Assembly: GCF_009914755.1 (NCBI RefSeq)
Contig: NC_060933.1
DNA from: the human T2T-CHM13v2.0 reference genome, Homo sapiens
Strand: one strand, 5' to 3'
DNA length: 64,000 bases
The translations under genes and the position numbers were made by a program. A model generated the notes under the pieces. That model saw only the letters and a list, made by a program, of their open reading frames with translations. It made no database searches and was not told where the DNA came from. Of the stretch, positions 14,401 through 27,163 are shown in pieces; positions within the stretch are counted from its first letter, which is position 1; each line of letters starts with the position of its first letter.

Positions 14401-17400
14401 TTCCATTCCATTCCATTCCATTCCATTCCATTCCATTCCATTCCATTCCATTGCATTCCATTCCATTCCATTCCCCTGCACTCGCGCTGATTCCATTCCG
14501 TTACATTCCATTCCATTCCATTCCATTCCATTCCATTCCTTTCCTTTCCATTCCATTCCATTCCATTCCATTCCATTCCATTCCATTCCGTTCCGTTCCG
14601 TTCCATTCCATTCCATTCCATTCTATTAGGGTTAATTCCATTCCATTCCATTCGATTGCAATCGAGTTGATTCCATTCAATTCCATTCCATTCCATTCCA
14701 TTCCATTCCATTCCTTTCCATTCCATTACTGATGATTCCATTCCATTGCATTCCATTCCATTCCATTCCCCTGTACTCGGGTTCATTCCATTCCATTCCA
14801 TTCCAATCCATGCCATTCCACTCGTGTTGATTCCATTCTTTCCATTCCATTCAAGTTGAATCCATTCCATTGCATTCCATTCCATTCCATTCCCCTGCAG
14901 TCGGGTTGATTCCATTCCATTCCATTCCATTCCATTCCATTCCATTCCATTCCGTTCCGTTCCATTCCATGCCATTCCATTCCATTCCAATCGAGTTCAT
15001 TCCATTCCATTCCATTCCATTCCATTCCATTCCACTCCATTCCAGTCCTTTCCATTCCATTCCACTCGGGTTGATTCCAATGTATTCCTTTCCATTCCAT
15101 TCCATTCCATTGCAATCGAGTTGATTCCATTGCTTTGCATTCCATTCCATTCCATTCCATTCCGGATGATTCCATTCCATTGCATTCCATTCCATTCCAT
15201 TCCATTCCCCTGCACTCGGGTTGATTCCATTCCATTCCACTCCATTCCGTTCCTTTCCATTCCATTCCATTGTATTCGGGTTAATTCCATTCCATTCCAT
15301 TCCATTCCATTCCATTCCATTCCATTCCATTACAATCGAGTTGATTCCATTCCATTCCATTCCATTCCATTGCTTTCCATTCCATTCCACTCAGGTTGAT
15401 TCCATTCTATTAGTTTCCATTCCATTCCATTCCCTTCCATTCCACTCTGGTTGATTCCATTCCTTTCCATTCCACTCGAATACATTCCCTCCTATTCCAC
15501 TCGGAACGATTCCATTCCATTCCATTCCATTCCATTCCATTCCATTCCATTCCATTTCGTTCCATTCCATTCTATTCCGTATCATTCCATTCCATTCCAT
15601 TCCATTCCATTCCATTCCATTCCATTCCATTCCACTCGTGTTGATTCCATTCCTTACCATTCCATTCGGTTTGAAGGCATTCCATTCCATTCCATTCCAT
15701 TCCATTCTATTCCATTCCATTCCATTCCATTTTACTCTGGTTGATTGCATTCCATTGCATTCCATTCCATTCCATTCCGTTGCATTCCATTCCATTACAT
15801 TCGGATTGATTCTATTCAACTCCCTTACATTCCATTACATTCCATTCCATTCGTGTTGTTCCATTCCATTCCATTCCATTCCACTCCATTCCATTGCACT
15901 CGGGTTGATTTCATTCCGTTCCATTCCATTCCATTCCATTCCATTCCGGATGATTCCATTCCATTGCATTCCTTTCCATTACATTCCCCTGCACTCGCGT
16001 TGATTCCATTCCATTCCATTCCATTCCATTCCGTTCCGTTCCATTCCATTCCATTCCATTCCATTCCATTCCGTTCCTTTCCATTCCATTCCATTCCATT
16101 CTATTCGGGTTAATTCCATTCCATTCCATTCGATTGCAATCGAGTTGATTCCATTGCTTTGCATTCCATTCCATTCCATTCCATTCCGGATGATTCCATT
16201 CCATTGCATTCCATTCCATTCCATTCCCCTGCACTCGGGTTGATTCCATTCCATTCCACTCCGTTCCGTTCCATTCCATTCCATTCCATTCTATTCGGTT
16301 TAATTCCATTCCATTCCATTCGATTGCAATCGTGTTGATTCCATTCCATTCCATTCCATTCCATTCCATTCCATTCCATTCCTTTCCATTCCATTACGGA
16401 TGATTCCATTCCATTGCATTCCATTCCATTCCATTCCCCTGTACTCGGGTTCATTCCATTCCATTCCATTCCAATCCATGCCATTCCACTCGTGTTGATT
16501 CCATTCTTTCCATTCCATTCAAGTTGAATCCATTCCATTGCATTCCATTCCATTCCATTCCCCTGCAGTCGGGTTGATTCCATTCCATTCAATTCTATTC
16601 CATTCCATTCCATTCCATTCCAATCGAGTCGATTCCATTCCATTCCATTCCATTCCATTCCACTCCATTCCAGTCGTTTCCATTCCATTCCACTCGGGTT
16701 GATTCCAATGTATTCCTTTCCATTGCATTCCATTCCATTGCAATCGAGTTGATTCCATTGCTTTGCATTCCATTCCATTCCATTCCATACCGGATTATTC
16801 CATTCCATTGCATTCCATTCCATTCCATTCCCCTGCACTCGGGTTGATTCCATTCCATTCCACTCCATTCCATTCCATTCCATTCCATTCCATTTTATTG
16901 GGGTTAATTCCATTCCATTCCATTCCATTCCATTACATTCCATTACAATCGAGTTGATACCATTCCATTCCATTCCATTCCAGTCCTTTCCATTCCATTC
17001 CACTCGGGTTAATTCCATTCTATTAGTTTCCATTCCATTCCATTCCCTTCCATTCCACTCTGGTTGATTCCATTCCTTTCCATTCCACTCGAATACATTC
17101 CCTCCTATTCCACTCGGAACGATTCCATTCCATTCCATTCCTTTCCATTCCATTCCATTCCATTCCATTCCATTTCGTTCCATTCCATTCTATTCCGTAT
17201 CATTCCATTCCATTCCATTCCATTCCATTCCATTCCACTCGTGTTGATTCCATTCCTTTCCATTCCATTCGTTTTGAAGGCATTCCATTCCATTCCATTC
17301 CATTCCATTCCATTCCATTCCATTGTACTCGGGTTGATTGCTATCCATTGCATTCCATTCCATTCCATTCCGTTGCATTCCATTCCATTACATTCGGATT

Positions 17401-17860
17401 GATTCTATTCAACTCCCTTACATTCCATTACATTCCATTCCATTCGGGTTGTTCCATTCCATTCCATTCCATTCCACTCCATTCCATTGCACTCGGGTTG
17501 ATTCCATTCCATTCCATTCCATTCCATTCCATTCCATTCCATTCCATTCCGGATGATTCCATTCCATTGCATTCCGTTCCATTACATTCCCCTGCACTCG
17601 CGTTGATTCCATTCCATTCCATTCAATTCCATTCCATTACAATTCGTTACATTCCATTCTATTCCGTACCATTCCATTCCGTTCCATACCATTCCATTCC
17701 ATTCCATTCCATTCCATTCCGTTCCATTCCATTCCATTGCATTCCATTCCATTCTATTCGGGTTCATTCCATTCCATTCCATTCCATTCCATTCTATTCC
17801 ATTCCATTGCAATCGAGTTGAATCCATTGCATTTCATTCCATTCCATTCCATTCCATTCC

Positions 17861-17875
17861 ATTCCGGAAGATTCC
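17861..17875. promoter_or_regulatory. Perfect three-unit heat-shock element match nTTCnnGAAnnTTCn (representative of ~17 copies)
   Basis: ATTCCGGAAGATTCC = aTTCc gGAAg aTTCc, an exact match to the HSF consensus. HSF1 binding to Sat III under stress is established. Occupancy of this particular site is not shown. Confidence 0.5.
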
Positions 17876-20800
17876 ATTCCATTGCATTCCATTCCATTCC
17901 ATTCCCCTGCACTCGCGTTGATCCCATTCCATTCCATTCCATTGCATTCCATTCCATTCCATTCCCCTGCACTCGCGTTGATTCCATTCCATTCCATTCC
18001 ATTCCATTCCGTTCCGTTCCATTCCATTCCATTCCATTCCATTCCATTCCATTCCGTTCCTTTCCATTCCATTCCATTCCATTCTATTTGGGTTAATTCC
18101 ATTCCATTCCATTCGATTGCAATCGAGTTGATTCCATTCCATTGCATTCCATTCCATTCGATTCCATTCGATTGCACTCGGATTGATTCCATTCCATTGC
18201 ATTCCTTTCCATTCCATTCCATTCCATTCCATTCCATTCCATTCCTTTCCATTCTTTTCCATTACATTCGGATTGATTCTATTCAATTCCCTTACACTCC
18301 ATTACATTCCATTCCATTCGGGTAGTTTCCACTCCATTCCATTCCATTTCTCTCCATTCCATTGCACTCGGGTTGATTCCATTCCATTGCATTCCATTCC
18401 ATTCGGGTAGTTTCCACTCCATTCCATTCCATTCTATTCGGGTTAATTCCATTCCATTCCATTCCATTCCATTCCATTCCAATCGAGTTGATTCCATTCC
18501 ATTCCATTCCATTCCATTCCACTCCATTCCAGTCCTTTCCATTCCATTCCACTCGGGTTGATTCCAATGTATTCCTTTCCATTCCATTGCATTCCATTGC
18601 AATCGAGTTGATTCCATTGCTTTGCATTCCATTCCATTCCATTCCATTCCGGATGATTCCATTCCATTGCATTCCATTCCATTCCATTCCCCTGCACTCG
18701 GGTTGATTCTATTCCATTCCATTCCGTTCCATTCCATTCCATTCCATTCCATTCTATTCGGGTTATTTCCATTCCATTCCATTCGATTGCAATCGTGTTG
18801 ATTCCATTCCATTCCATTCCATTCCATTCCATTCCATTCCATTCCATTCCTTTCCATTCCATTACGGATGATTCCATTCCATTGCATCCCATTCCATTCC
18901 ATTCCCCTGTACTCGGGTTGATTCCATTCCATTGCATTCCAATCCATGCCCTTCCACTCGTGTTGATTCCATTCTTTCCATTCCATTCAAGTTGAATCCA
19001 TTCCATTGCATTCCATTCCATTCGATTCCATTCGATTGCACTCGGGTTGATTCCATTCCATTGCATTCCATTCCATTCCATTCCATTCCGTTCCATTCCA
19101 TTCCATTCCACTCGGATTGATTCTATTCAATTCCCTTACACTCCATTACATTCCATTCCATTCAGGTAGTTTCCATTCCATTCCATTCCATTCCTCTCCA
19201 TTCCATTGCACTCGGGTTGATTCCATTCCATTGCATTCCATTCCATTCCATTCAATTCCATTCCGTTTCATTCCATTCCATTACATTCGGATTGATTCTA
19301 TTCAACTCCCTTACTCTCCATTACATTCCATTCCATTCGGGCTGTTCCATTCCATTCCATTCCATTCCACTCCATTCCATTGCACTCGGGTTTATTCCAT
19401 TCCGTTCCATTCCATTCCATTCCATTCCATTCCGGAAGATTCCATTCCATTGCATTCCATTCCATTCCATTCCCCTGCACTCGCGTTGATTCCATTCCAT
19501 TCCATTCCATTCCATTCCATTCCATTCCATTCCATTCCTTTCCGTTCCATTCCATTGCATTCCATTCCATTCCATTCCATTCCATTCCGTTCCGTTCCGT
19601 TCCATTCCATTCCATTCCATTCTATTCGGGTTAATTCCATTCCATTCCATTCGATTGCAATCGAGTTGATTCCATTCCATTCCATTCCATTCCATTCCAT
19701 TCCATTCCATTCCATTCCTTTCCATTCCATTACGGATGATTCCATTCCATTGCATTCCATTCCATTCCATTCCCCTGTACTCGGTTTCATTCCATTCCAT
19801 TCCATTCCAATCCATGCCATTCCACTCGTGTTGATTCCATTCTTTCCATTCCATTCAAGTTGAATTCATTCCATTGCATTCCATTCCATTCCATTCCCCT
19901 GCAGTCGGGTTGATTCCATTCCTTTCCATTCCATTCCATTCCATTCCGTTCCGTTCCGTTCCGTTCCGTTCCGTTCCATTCCATTCCATTCCATTCTATT
20001 CGGGTTAATTCCATTCCATTCCATTCCATTCCATTCCATTCCAATCGAGTTGATTCCATTCCATTCCATTCCATTCCATTCCATTCCACTCCATTCCAGT
20101 CCTTTCCATTCCATTCCACTCGGGTTGATTCCAATGTATTCCTTTCCATTCCATTCCATTCCATTGCAATCGAGTTGATTCCATTGCTTTGCATTCCATT
20201 CCATTCCATTCCATTCCGGATGATTCCATTCCATTGCATTCCATTCCATTCCATTCCCCTGCACTCGGGTTGATTCCATTCCATTCCACTCCATTCCGTT
20301 CCATTCCATTCCATTCCATTGTATTCGGGTTAATTCCATTCCATTCCATTCCATTCCATTCCATTCCATTCCATTACAATCGAATTGATTCCATTCCATT
20401 CCATTCCATTCCATTCCATTCCAGTCCTTTCCATTCCATTCCACTCGGGTTGATTCCATTCTATTAGTTTCCATTCCATTCCATTCCCTTCCATTCCACT
20501 CTGGTTGATTCCATTCCTTTCCATTCCACTCGAATACATTCCCTCTTATTCCACTCGGAACGATTCCAATCCATTCCATTCCATTCCATTCCATTCCATT
20601 CCATTCCATTTCGTTCCATTCCATTCTATTCCGTATCATTCCATTCCATTCCATTCCATTCCACTCGTGTTGATTCCATTCATTTCCATTCCATTCGGTT
20701 TGAAGGCATTCCATTCCATTCCATTCCATTCCATTCCATTCCATTGTACTCGGGTTGATTGCATTCCATTGCATTCCATTCCATTCTATTCCGCTGCATT

Positions 20801-22149
20801 CCATTCCATTACATTCGGATTGATTCTATTCAACTCCCTTACTCTCCATTACATTCCATTCCATTCGGGTTGTTCCATTCCATTCCATTCCATTCCACTC
20901 CATTCCATTGCACTCGGGTTGATTCCATTCCATTCCATTCCATTCCATTCCGGATGATTCCATTCCATTGCATTCCATTCCATTCCATTCCCCTGCACTC
21001 GCGTTGATTCCATTCCATTCCATTCCATTCCATTCCATTCCATTCCTTTCAGTTCCATTCCATTCCATTCCATTCCATTCCAATCCGTTCCGTTCCGTTC
21101 CATTCCATTCCATTCCATTCTATTCGGGTTAATTCCATTCCATTCCATTCGACTGCAATCGAGTTGATTCCATTCCATTCCATTCCATTCCATTCCATTC
21201 CATTCCATTCTTTCCATTCCATTCAAGTTGAATCCATTCCATTGCATTCCATTCCATTCCATTCCCCTGCAGTCGGGTTGATTCCATTCCATTCCATTCG
21301 ACTGCAATCGAGTTGATTCCATTCCATTCCATTCCATTCCATTCCATTCCATTCCATTCCATTCCTTTCCATTCCATTACGGATGATTCCATTCCATTGC
21401 ACTCCATTCCATTCCATTCCCCTGTACTCGAGTTGATTCCATTCCATTGCATTCCAATCCATGCCCTTCCACTCGTGTTGATTCCATTCTTTCCATTCCA
21501 TTCAAGTTGAATCCATTCCATTGCATTCCATTCCATTCGATTCCATTCGATTGCACTCGGGTTAATTCCATTCCATTCCATTCCATTCCATTCCATTCCA
21601 TTCCGTTCCATTCCATTCCATTACATTCGGATTGATTCTATTCAATTCCCTTACACTCCATTACATTCCATTCCATTCGGGTAGTTTCCATTCCATTCCA
21701 TTCCATTCCTCTCCATTCCATTGCACTCGGGTTGATTCCATTCCATTGCATTCCATTCCATTCCATTCAATTCCATTCCGTTCCATTCCATTCCATTACA
21801 TTCGGATTGACTCTATTCAACTCCCTTACTCTCCATTACATTCCATTCCATTCGGGTTGTTCCATTCCATTCCATTCCATTCCACTCCATTCCATTGCAC
21901 TCGGGTTTATTCCATTCCATTCCATTCCATTCCATTCCATTCCATTCCATTCCATTCCGGAAGCTTCCATTCCATTGCATTCCATTCCATTCCATTCCCC
22001 TGCACTCGCGTTGATTCCATTCCATTCCATTCCATTCCATTCCATTCCATTCCATTCCTTTCCGTTCCATTCCATTCCATTCCGTTCCGTTCCGTTCCGT
22101 TCCGTTCCATTCCATTCCATTCCATTCTATTCGGGTTAATTCCATTCCA

Positions 22150-25100
22150 TTCCATTCCATTCCATTCCATTCCATTCCATTCCATTCCATTACAATCGAG
22201 TTGATTCCATTCCATTCCATACCATTCCATTCCATTCCAGTCCTTTCCATTCCATTCCACTCGGGTTGATTCCATTCTATTAGTTTCCATTCCATTCCAT
22301 TCCCTTCCATTCCACTCTGGTTGATTCCATTCCTTTCCATTCCACTCGAATACATTCCCTCCTATTGCACTCGGAACGATTCCATTCCATTCCATTCCAT
22401 TCCATTCCATTCCATTCCATTCCAGTTCGTTCCATTCCATTCTATTCCGTACCATTCCATTCCATTCCATTCCTTTCCATTCCATTCCTTTCCACTCGTG
22501 TTGATTCCATTCCTTTCCATTCCTTTCGGTTTGAAGGCATTCCATTCCATTCCATTCCATTCCATTCCATTCCATTCCATTCTCTTCCATTCCATTGCAA
22601 TCGAGTTTAATCCATTGCCTTTCATTCCATTCCATTCCATTCCATTCCATTCCGGAAGATTCCATTCCATTACATTCCATTCCATTCCATTCCCCTGCAC
22701 TCGCGTTGATTCCATTCCATTCCATTCCATTCCATTCCGTTCCGTTCCATTCCATTCCATTCCATTCCATTCCATTCCATTCCTTTCCGTTCCATTCCAT
22801 TCCATTCCATTCTATTCGGGTTAATTCCATTCCATTCCATTCGATTGCCATCGAGTTGATTCCATTCCATTCCATTCCATTCCATTCCATTCCATTCCTT
22901 TCCATGCCATTACGGATGACTCCATTCCATTGCATTCCATTCCATTCCATTCCCCTGTACTCGGGTTGATTCCATTCCATTCCATTCCACTCCATTCGGT
23001 TCCGTTGCATTCCATTCTATTGCATTCCATTCTATTCGGGTTAATTCCATTCCATTCTATTCCATTCCATTCCATTCCATTCCATTGCAATGGAGTTGAT
23101 TCCATTCCATTCCATTCCATTCCGGATTATTCCATTCCATTGCATTCCATTCCATTCCATTCCCCTGCACTCGTGTTGATTCCATTCCCTTCCATTTCAT
23201 TCCATTCCATTCCATTCTATTCCGATTAATTCCATTCCATTCCATTCCATTCCATTCCATTCCATTGCAATCGAGTTGATTCCATTCCATTCCTTTCCAT
23301 TCCAGTCCATTGCCTTGCATTCCACTCGGGTTGATTCCATTCCCTTCTTTCAACTCCATTACATTCCCTTCCATTCCACTCGGAATGATTGATTCCATTC
23401 CATTCCATTCCATTTCATTCCATTGCAATCCATTCCAATCCATTCCGTTCCATTCCATTCCACTCGAGTTGACTTCATTCCATTCCTTTCCATTCCATTC
23501 CATTCCATTCCTTTCCACTCGAGTTGATTCCATTCCATTCCAATCCATTGCATTCCATTCCATGTCATTCCACTCGGGTTGATTCCATTCCTTTGCATTC
23601 CATTCCATTCCATTCCATTGCATTCCATTCCATTCCATTCCGTTGCATTCCATTCCATTACATTCGGATTGATTCTATTCAACTCCCTTACTCTCCATTA
23701 CATTCCATTCCATTCGGGTTGTGCCATTCCATTCCATTCCATTCCACTCCATTCCATTGCACTCGGGTTGATTCCATTCCATTCCATTCCATTCCATTCC
23801 ATTTCGGATGATTCCATTCCATTGCATTCCGTTCCATTACATTCCCCTGCACTCGGGTTGATACCATTCCATTCCATTCCATTCCGTTCCATTCCATTCC
23901 ATTCCGGATGATTCCATTCCATTGCATTCCATTCCATTCCATTCCCCTGCACTCGGGTTGATTCCATTCCATTCCACTCCATTCCCTTCCATTCCATTCC
24001 ATTCCATTTTATTCGGGTGAATTCCATTCCATTCCATTCCATTCCATTCCATTCCATTCCATTACAATCGAGTTGATTCCATTCCATTCCATTCCATTCC
24101 AGTCCTTTCCATTCCATTCCACTCGGCTTGATTCCGTTCTATTAGTTTCCATTCCATTCCATTCCCTTCCATTCCACTCTGGTTGATTCCATTCCTTTCC
24201 ATTCCACTCGAATACATTCCCTCCTATTCCACTCGGAACGATTCCATTCCATTCCATTCCATTCCATTCCATTCCAGTTCGTTCCATTCCATTCTATTCC
24301 GTACCATTCCATTCCATTCCATTCCTTTCCATTCCATTCCTTTCCACTCGTGTTGATTCCATTCCTTTCCATTCCATTCGGTTTGAAGGCATTCCATTCC
24401 ATTCAATTCCATTCCATTCCATTCCATTCCATTGTATTCCATTCCATTGCAATCGAGTTGAATCCATTACCTTTCATTCCATTCCATTCCATTCCATTCC
24501 ATTCCGGATGATTCCATTCCATTACATTCCAATCCATTCCATTCCCCTGCACTCGCGTTGATTCCATTCCATTCCATTCCATTCCATTCCGTTCCGTTCC
24601 ATTCCATTCCATTCCATTCCATTCCGTTCCGTTCCATTCCATTCCATTCCATTCTATTCGGGTTAATTCCATTCCATTCCATTCCATTGCCATCGAGTTG
24701 ATTCCATTCCATTCCATTCCATTCCATTCCATTCCATTCCATTCCATTCCTTTCCATTCCATTACGGATGACTCCATTCCATTGCATTCCATTCCATTCC
24801 ATTCCCCTGTACTCGGGTTGATTCCATTCCATTCCGTTCCACTCCATTCGGTTCCGTTGCATTCCATTCTATTGCATTCCATTCTATTCGGGTTAATTCC
24901 ATTCCATTCTATTCCATTCCATTCCATTCCATTCCATTGCAATGGAGTTTATTCCATTCCATTCCATTCCATTCCGGATGATTCCATTCCATTGCATTCC
25001 ATTCCATTCCATTCCCCTGCACTCGTGTTCTTTCCATTCCGTTCCATTCCATTCCATTCCATTCTATTCCGCTTAATTCCATTCCTTTCCATTCCATTCC

Positions 25101-25700
25101 ATTCCATTCCATTGCAATCGAGTTGATTGCTTTCCATTCCTTTCCATTCCATTCCATTGCCTTGCATTCCACTCGGGTTGATTCCATTCCCTTCTTTCCA
25201 CTCCATTACATTCCCTTCCATTCCACTCGGAATGATTGATTCCATTCCATTCCATTCCATTTCATTCCATTGCAATCCATTCCAATCCATTCCATTCCAT
25301 TCCATTCCACTGGAGTTGACTTCATTCCATTCCTTTCCATTCCATTCCATTCCTTTCCACTCGAGTTGATTCCATTCCATTCCATTCCATTGCATTCCAT
25401 TCCATGCCATTCCACTCGGGTTGATTCCATTCCTTTGCATTCCATTCCATTCCATTCCATTCCATTCCATTCCTTTGCATTCCATTCCATTACATTCGGA
25501 TTGATTCTATTCAACTCCCTTACTGTCCATTACATTCCATTCCATTCGGGTTCTTCCATTCCATTCCATTCCTTTCCACTCCATTCCATTGCACTCGGGT
25601 TGATTCCATTCCATTCCATTCCATTCCATTCCATTCCATTCCACTCCGGATGATTCCATTCCATTGCATTCCGTTCCATTACATTCCCCTGCACTCGCGT
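22150..25700 (+). repeat. ~1.85 kb imperfect tandem duplication (2 copies)
   Basis: Shared rare markers sit at offset ~1847-1861: CCAGTTCGTTCC (22422/24274), GGATGACTCC, GCAATGGAGTT, and CCCTTCTTT..CGGAATGATTGA (ORFs 23226..23408 vs 25073..25255). Confidence 0.8.
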
Positions 25701-27163
25701 TGATTCCATTCCATTCCATTCCATTCCATTCAATTCCATTCCATTACAATTCGTTCCATTCCATTCTATTCCGTACCATTCTATTCCATTGCATACCATT
25801 CCATTCCATTCCATTCCATTCCATTCCATTCCATTCCGTTCCATTCCGTTCCATTCCATTCCATTCTATTCGGGTTAATTCCATTCCATTCCATTCCATT
25901 CCATTCTATTCCATTCCATTACAATTCGTTACATTCCATTCTATTCCGTACCATTCCATTCCATTCCATACCATTCCATTCCATTCCATTCCATTCCATT
26001 CCGTTCCATTCCGTTCCATTGCATTCCATTCCATTCTATTCGGGTTCCTTCCATTCCATTCCATTCCATTCCATTCCATTCTATTCCATTCCATTGCAAT
26101 CGAGTTGAATCCATTGCATTTCATTCCATTCCATTCCATTCCATTCCATTCCGGAAGATTCCAATCCATTGCATTCCATTCCATTCCATTCCCCTGCACT
26201 CGTGTTGATCCCATTCCATTCCATTGCATTGCATTCCATTCCATTCCATTCCCCTGCACTCGCGTTGATTCCATTCCATTCCATTCCATTCCATTCCGTT
26301 CCGTTCCATTCCATTCCATTCCATTCCATTCCATTCCGTTCCATTCCATTCCATTCCATTCTATTCGGGTTAATTCCATTCCATGCCATTCGATTGCAAT
26401 CGAGTTGATTCCATTCAATTGCATTCCATTCCATTCGATTCCATTCGATTGCACTCGGGTTGATTCCATTCCATTGCATTCCTTTCCATTCCATTCCATT
26501 CCATTCCATTCCATTCCATTCCGTTCCATTCCTTTCCATTACATTCGGATTGATTCTATTCAATTCCCTTACACTCCATTACATTCCATTCCATTCGGGT
26601 ACTTTCCACTCCATTCCATTCCATTTCTCTCCATTCCATTGCACTCGGGTTGATTCCATTCCATTGCATTCCATTCCATTCGGGTAGTTTCCACTCCATT
26701 CCATTCCATTCTATTCGGGTTAATTCCATTCCATTCCATTCCATTCTATTCCATTCTATTCCATTCCATTGCAATCGAGTTGAATCCATTGCATTCCATT
26801 CCATTCCATTCCATTCCATTCCATTCCATTCCGGAAGATTCCATTCCATTGCATTCCATTCCATTCCATTCCCCTGCACTCGCGTTTATTCTTTTCACTT
26901 CCAATCCATTCCATTCCATTCCATTCCGTTCCGTTCCATTCCATTCCATTCCATTCCATTCCATTCCATTCCATTCCATTCCGTTCCGTTCCATTCCGTT
27001 CCATTCCATTCCATTCCATTCTATTCGGGTTAATTCCATTCCATTCCATTCGAATGCAATCGAGTTGATTCCATTCCATTCCATTCCATTCCATTCCATT
27101 CCATTCCATTCCATTCCGTTCCATTCCATTCCATTACTTTCGGATTGATTCTTTTCAACTCCT

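Larger units (their letters stand above)
1..27163 (+). repeat. Diverged mosaic HSat3 domain without a fixed higher-order period
   Basis: The marker CTCGAATACATTCCCTC...CCACT(C/G)GGAACGATTCC recurs at ~4040, 6360, 7460, 9080, 15475, 17090, 20530, 22345 and 24205. Spacing is irregular (about 1.1-6.4 kb) and copies differ by substitutions. Confidence 0.8.
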
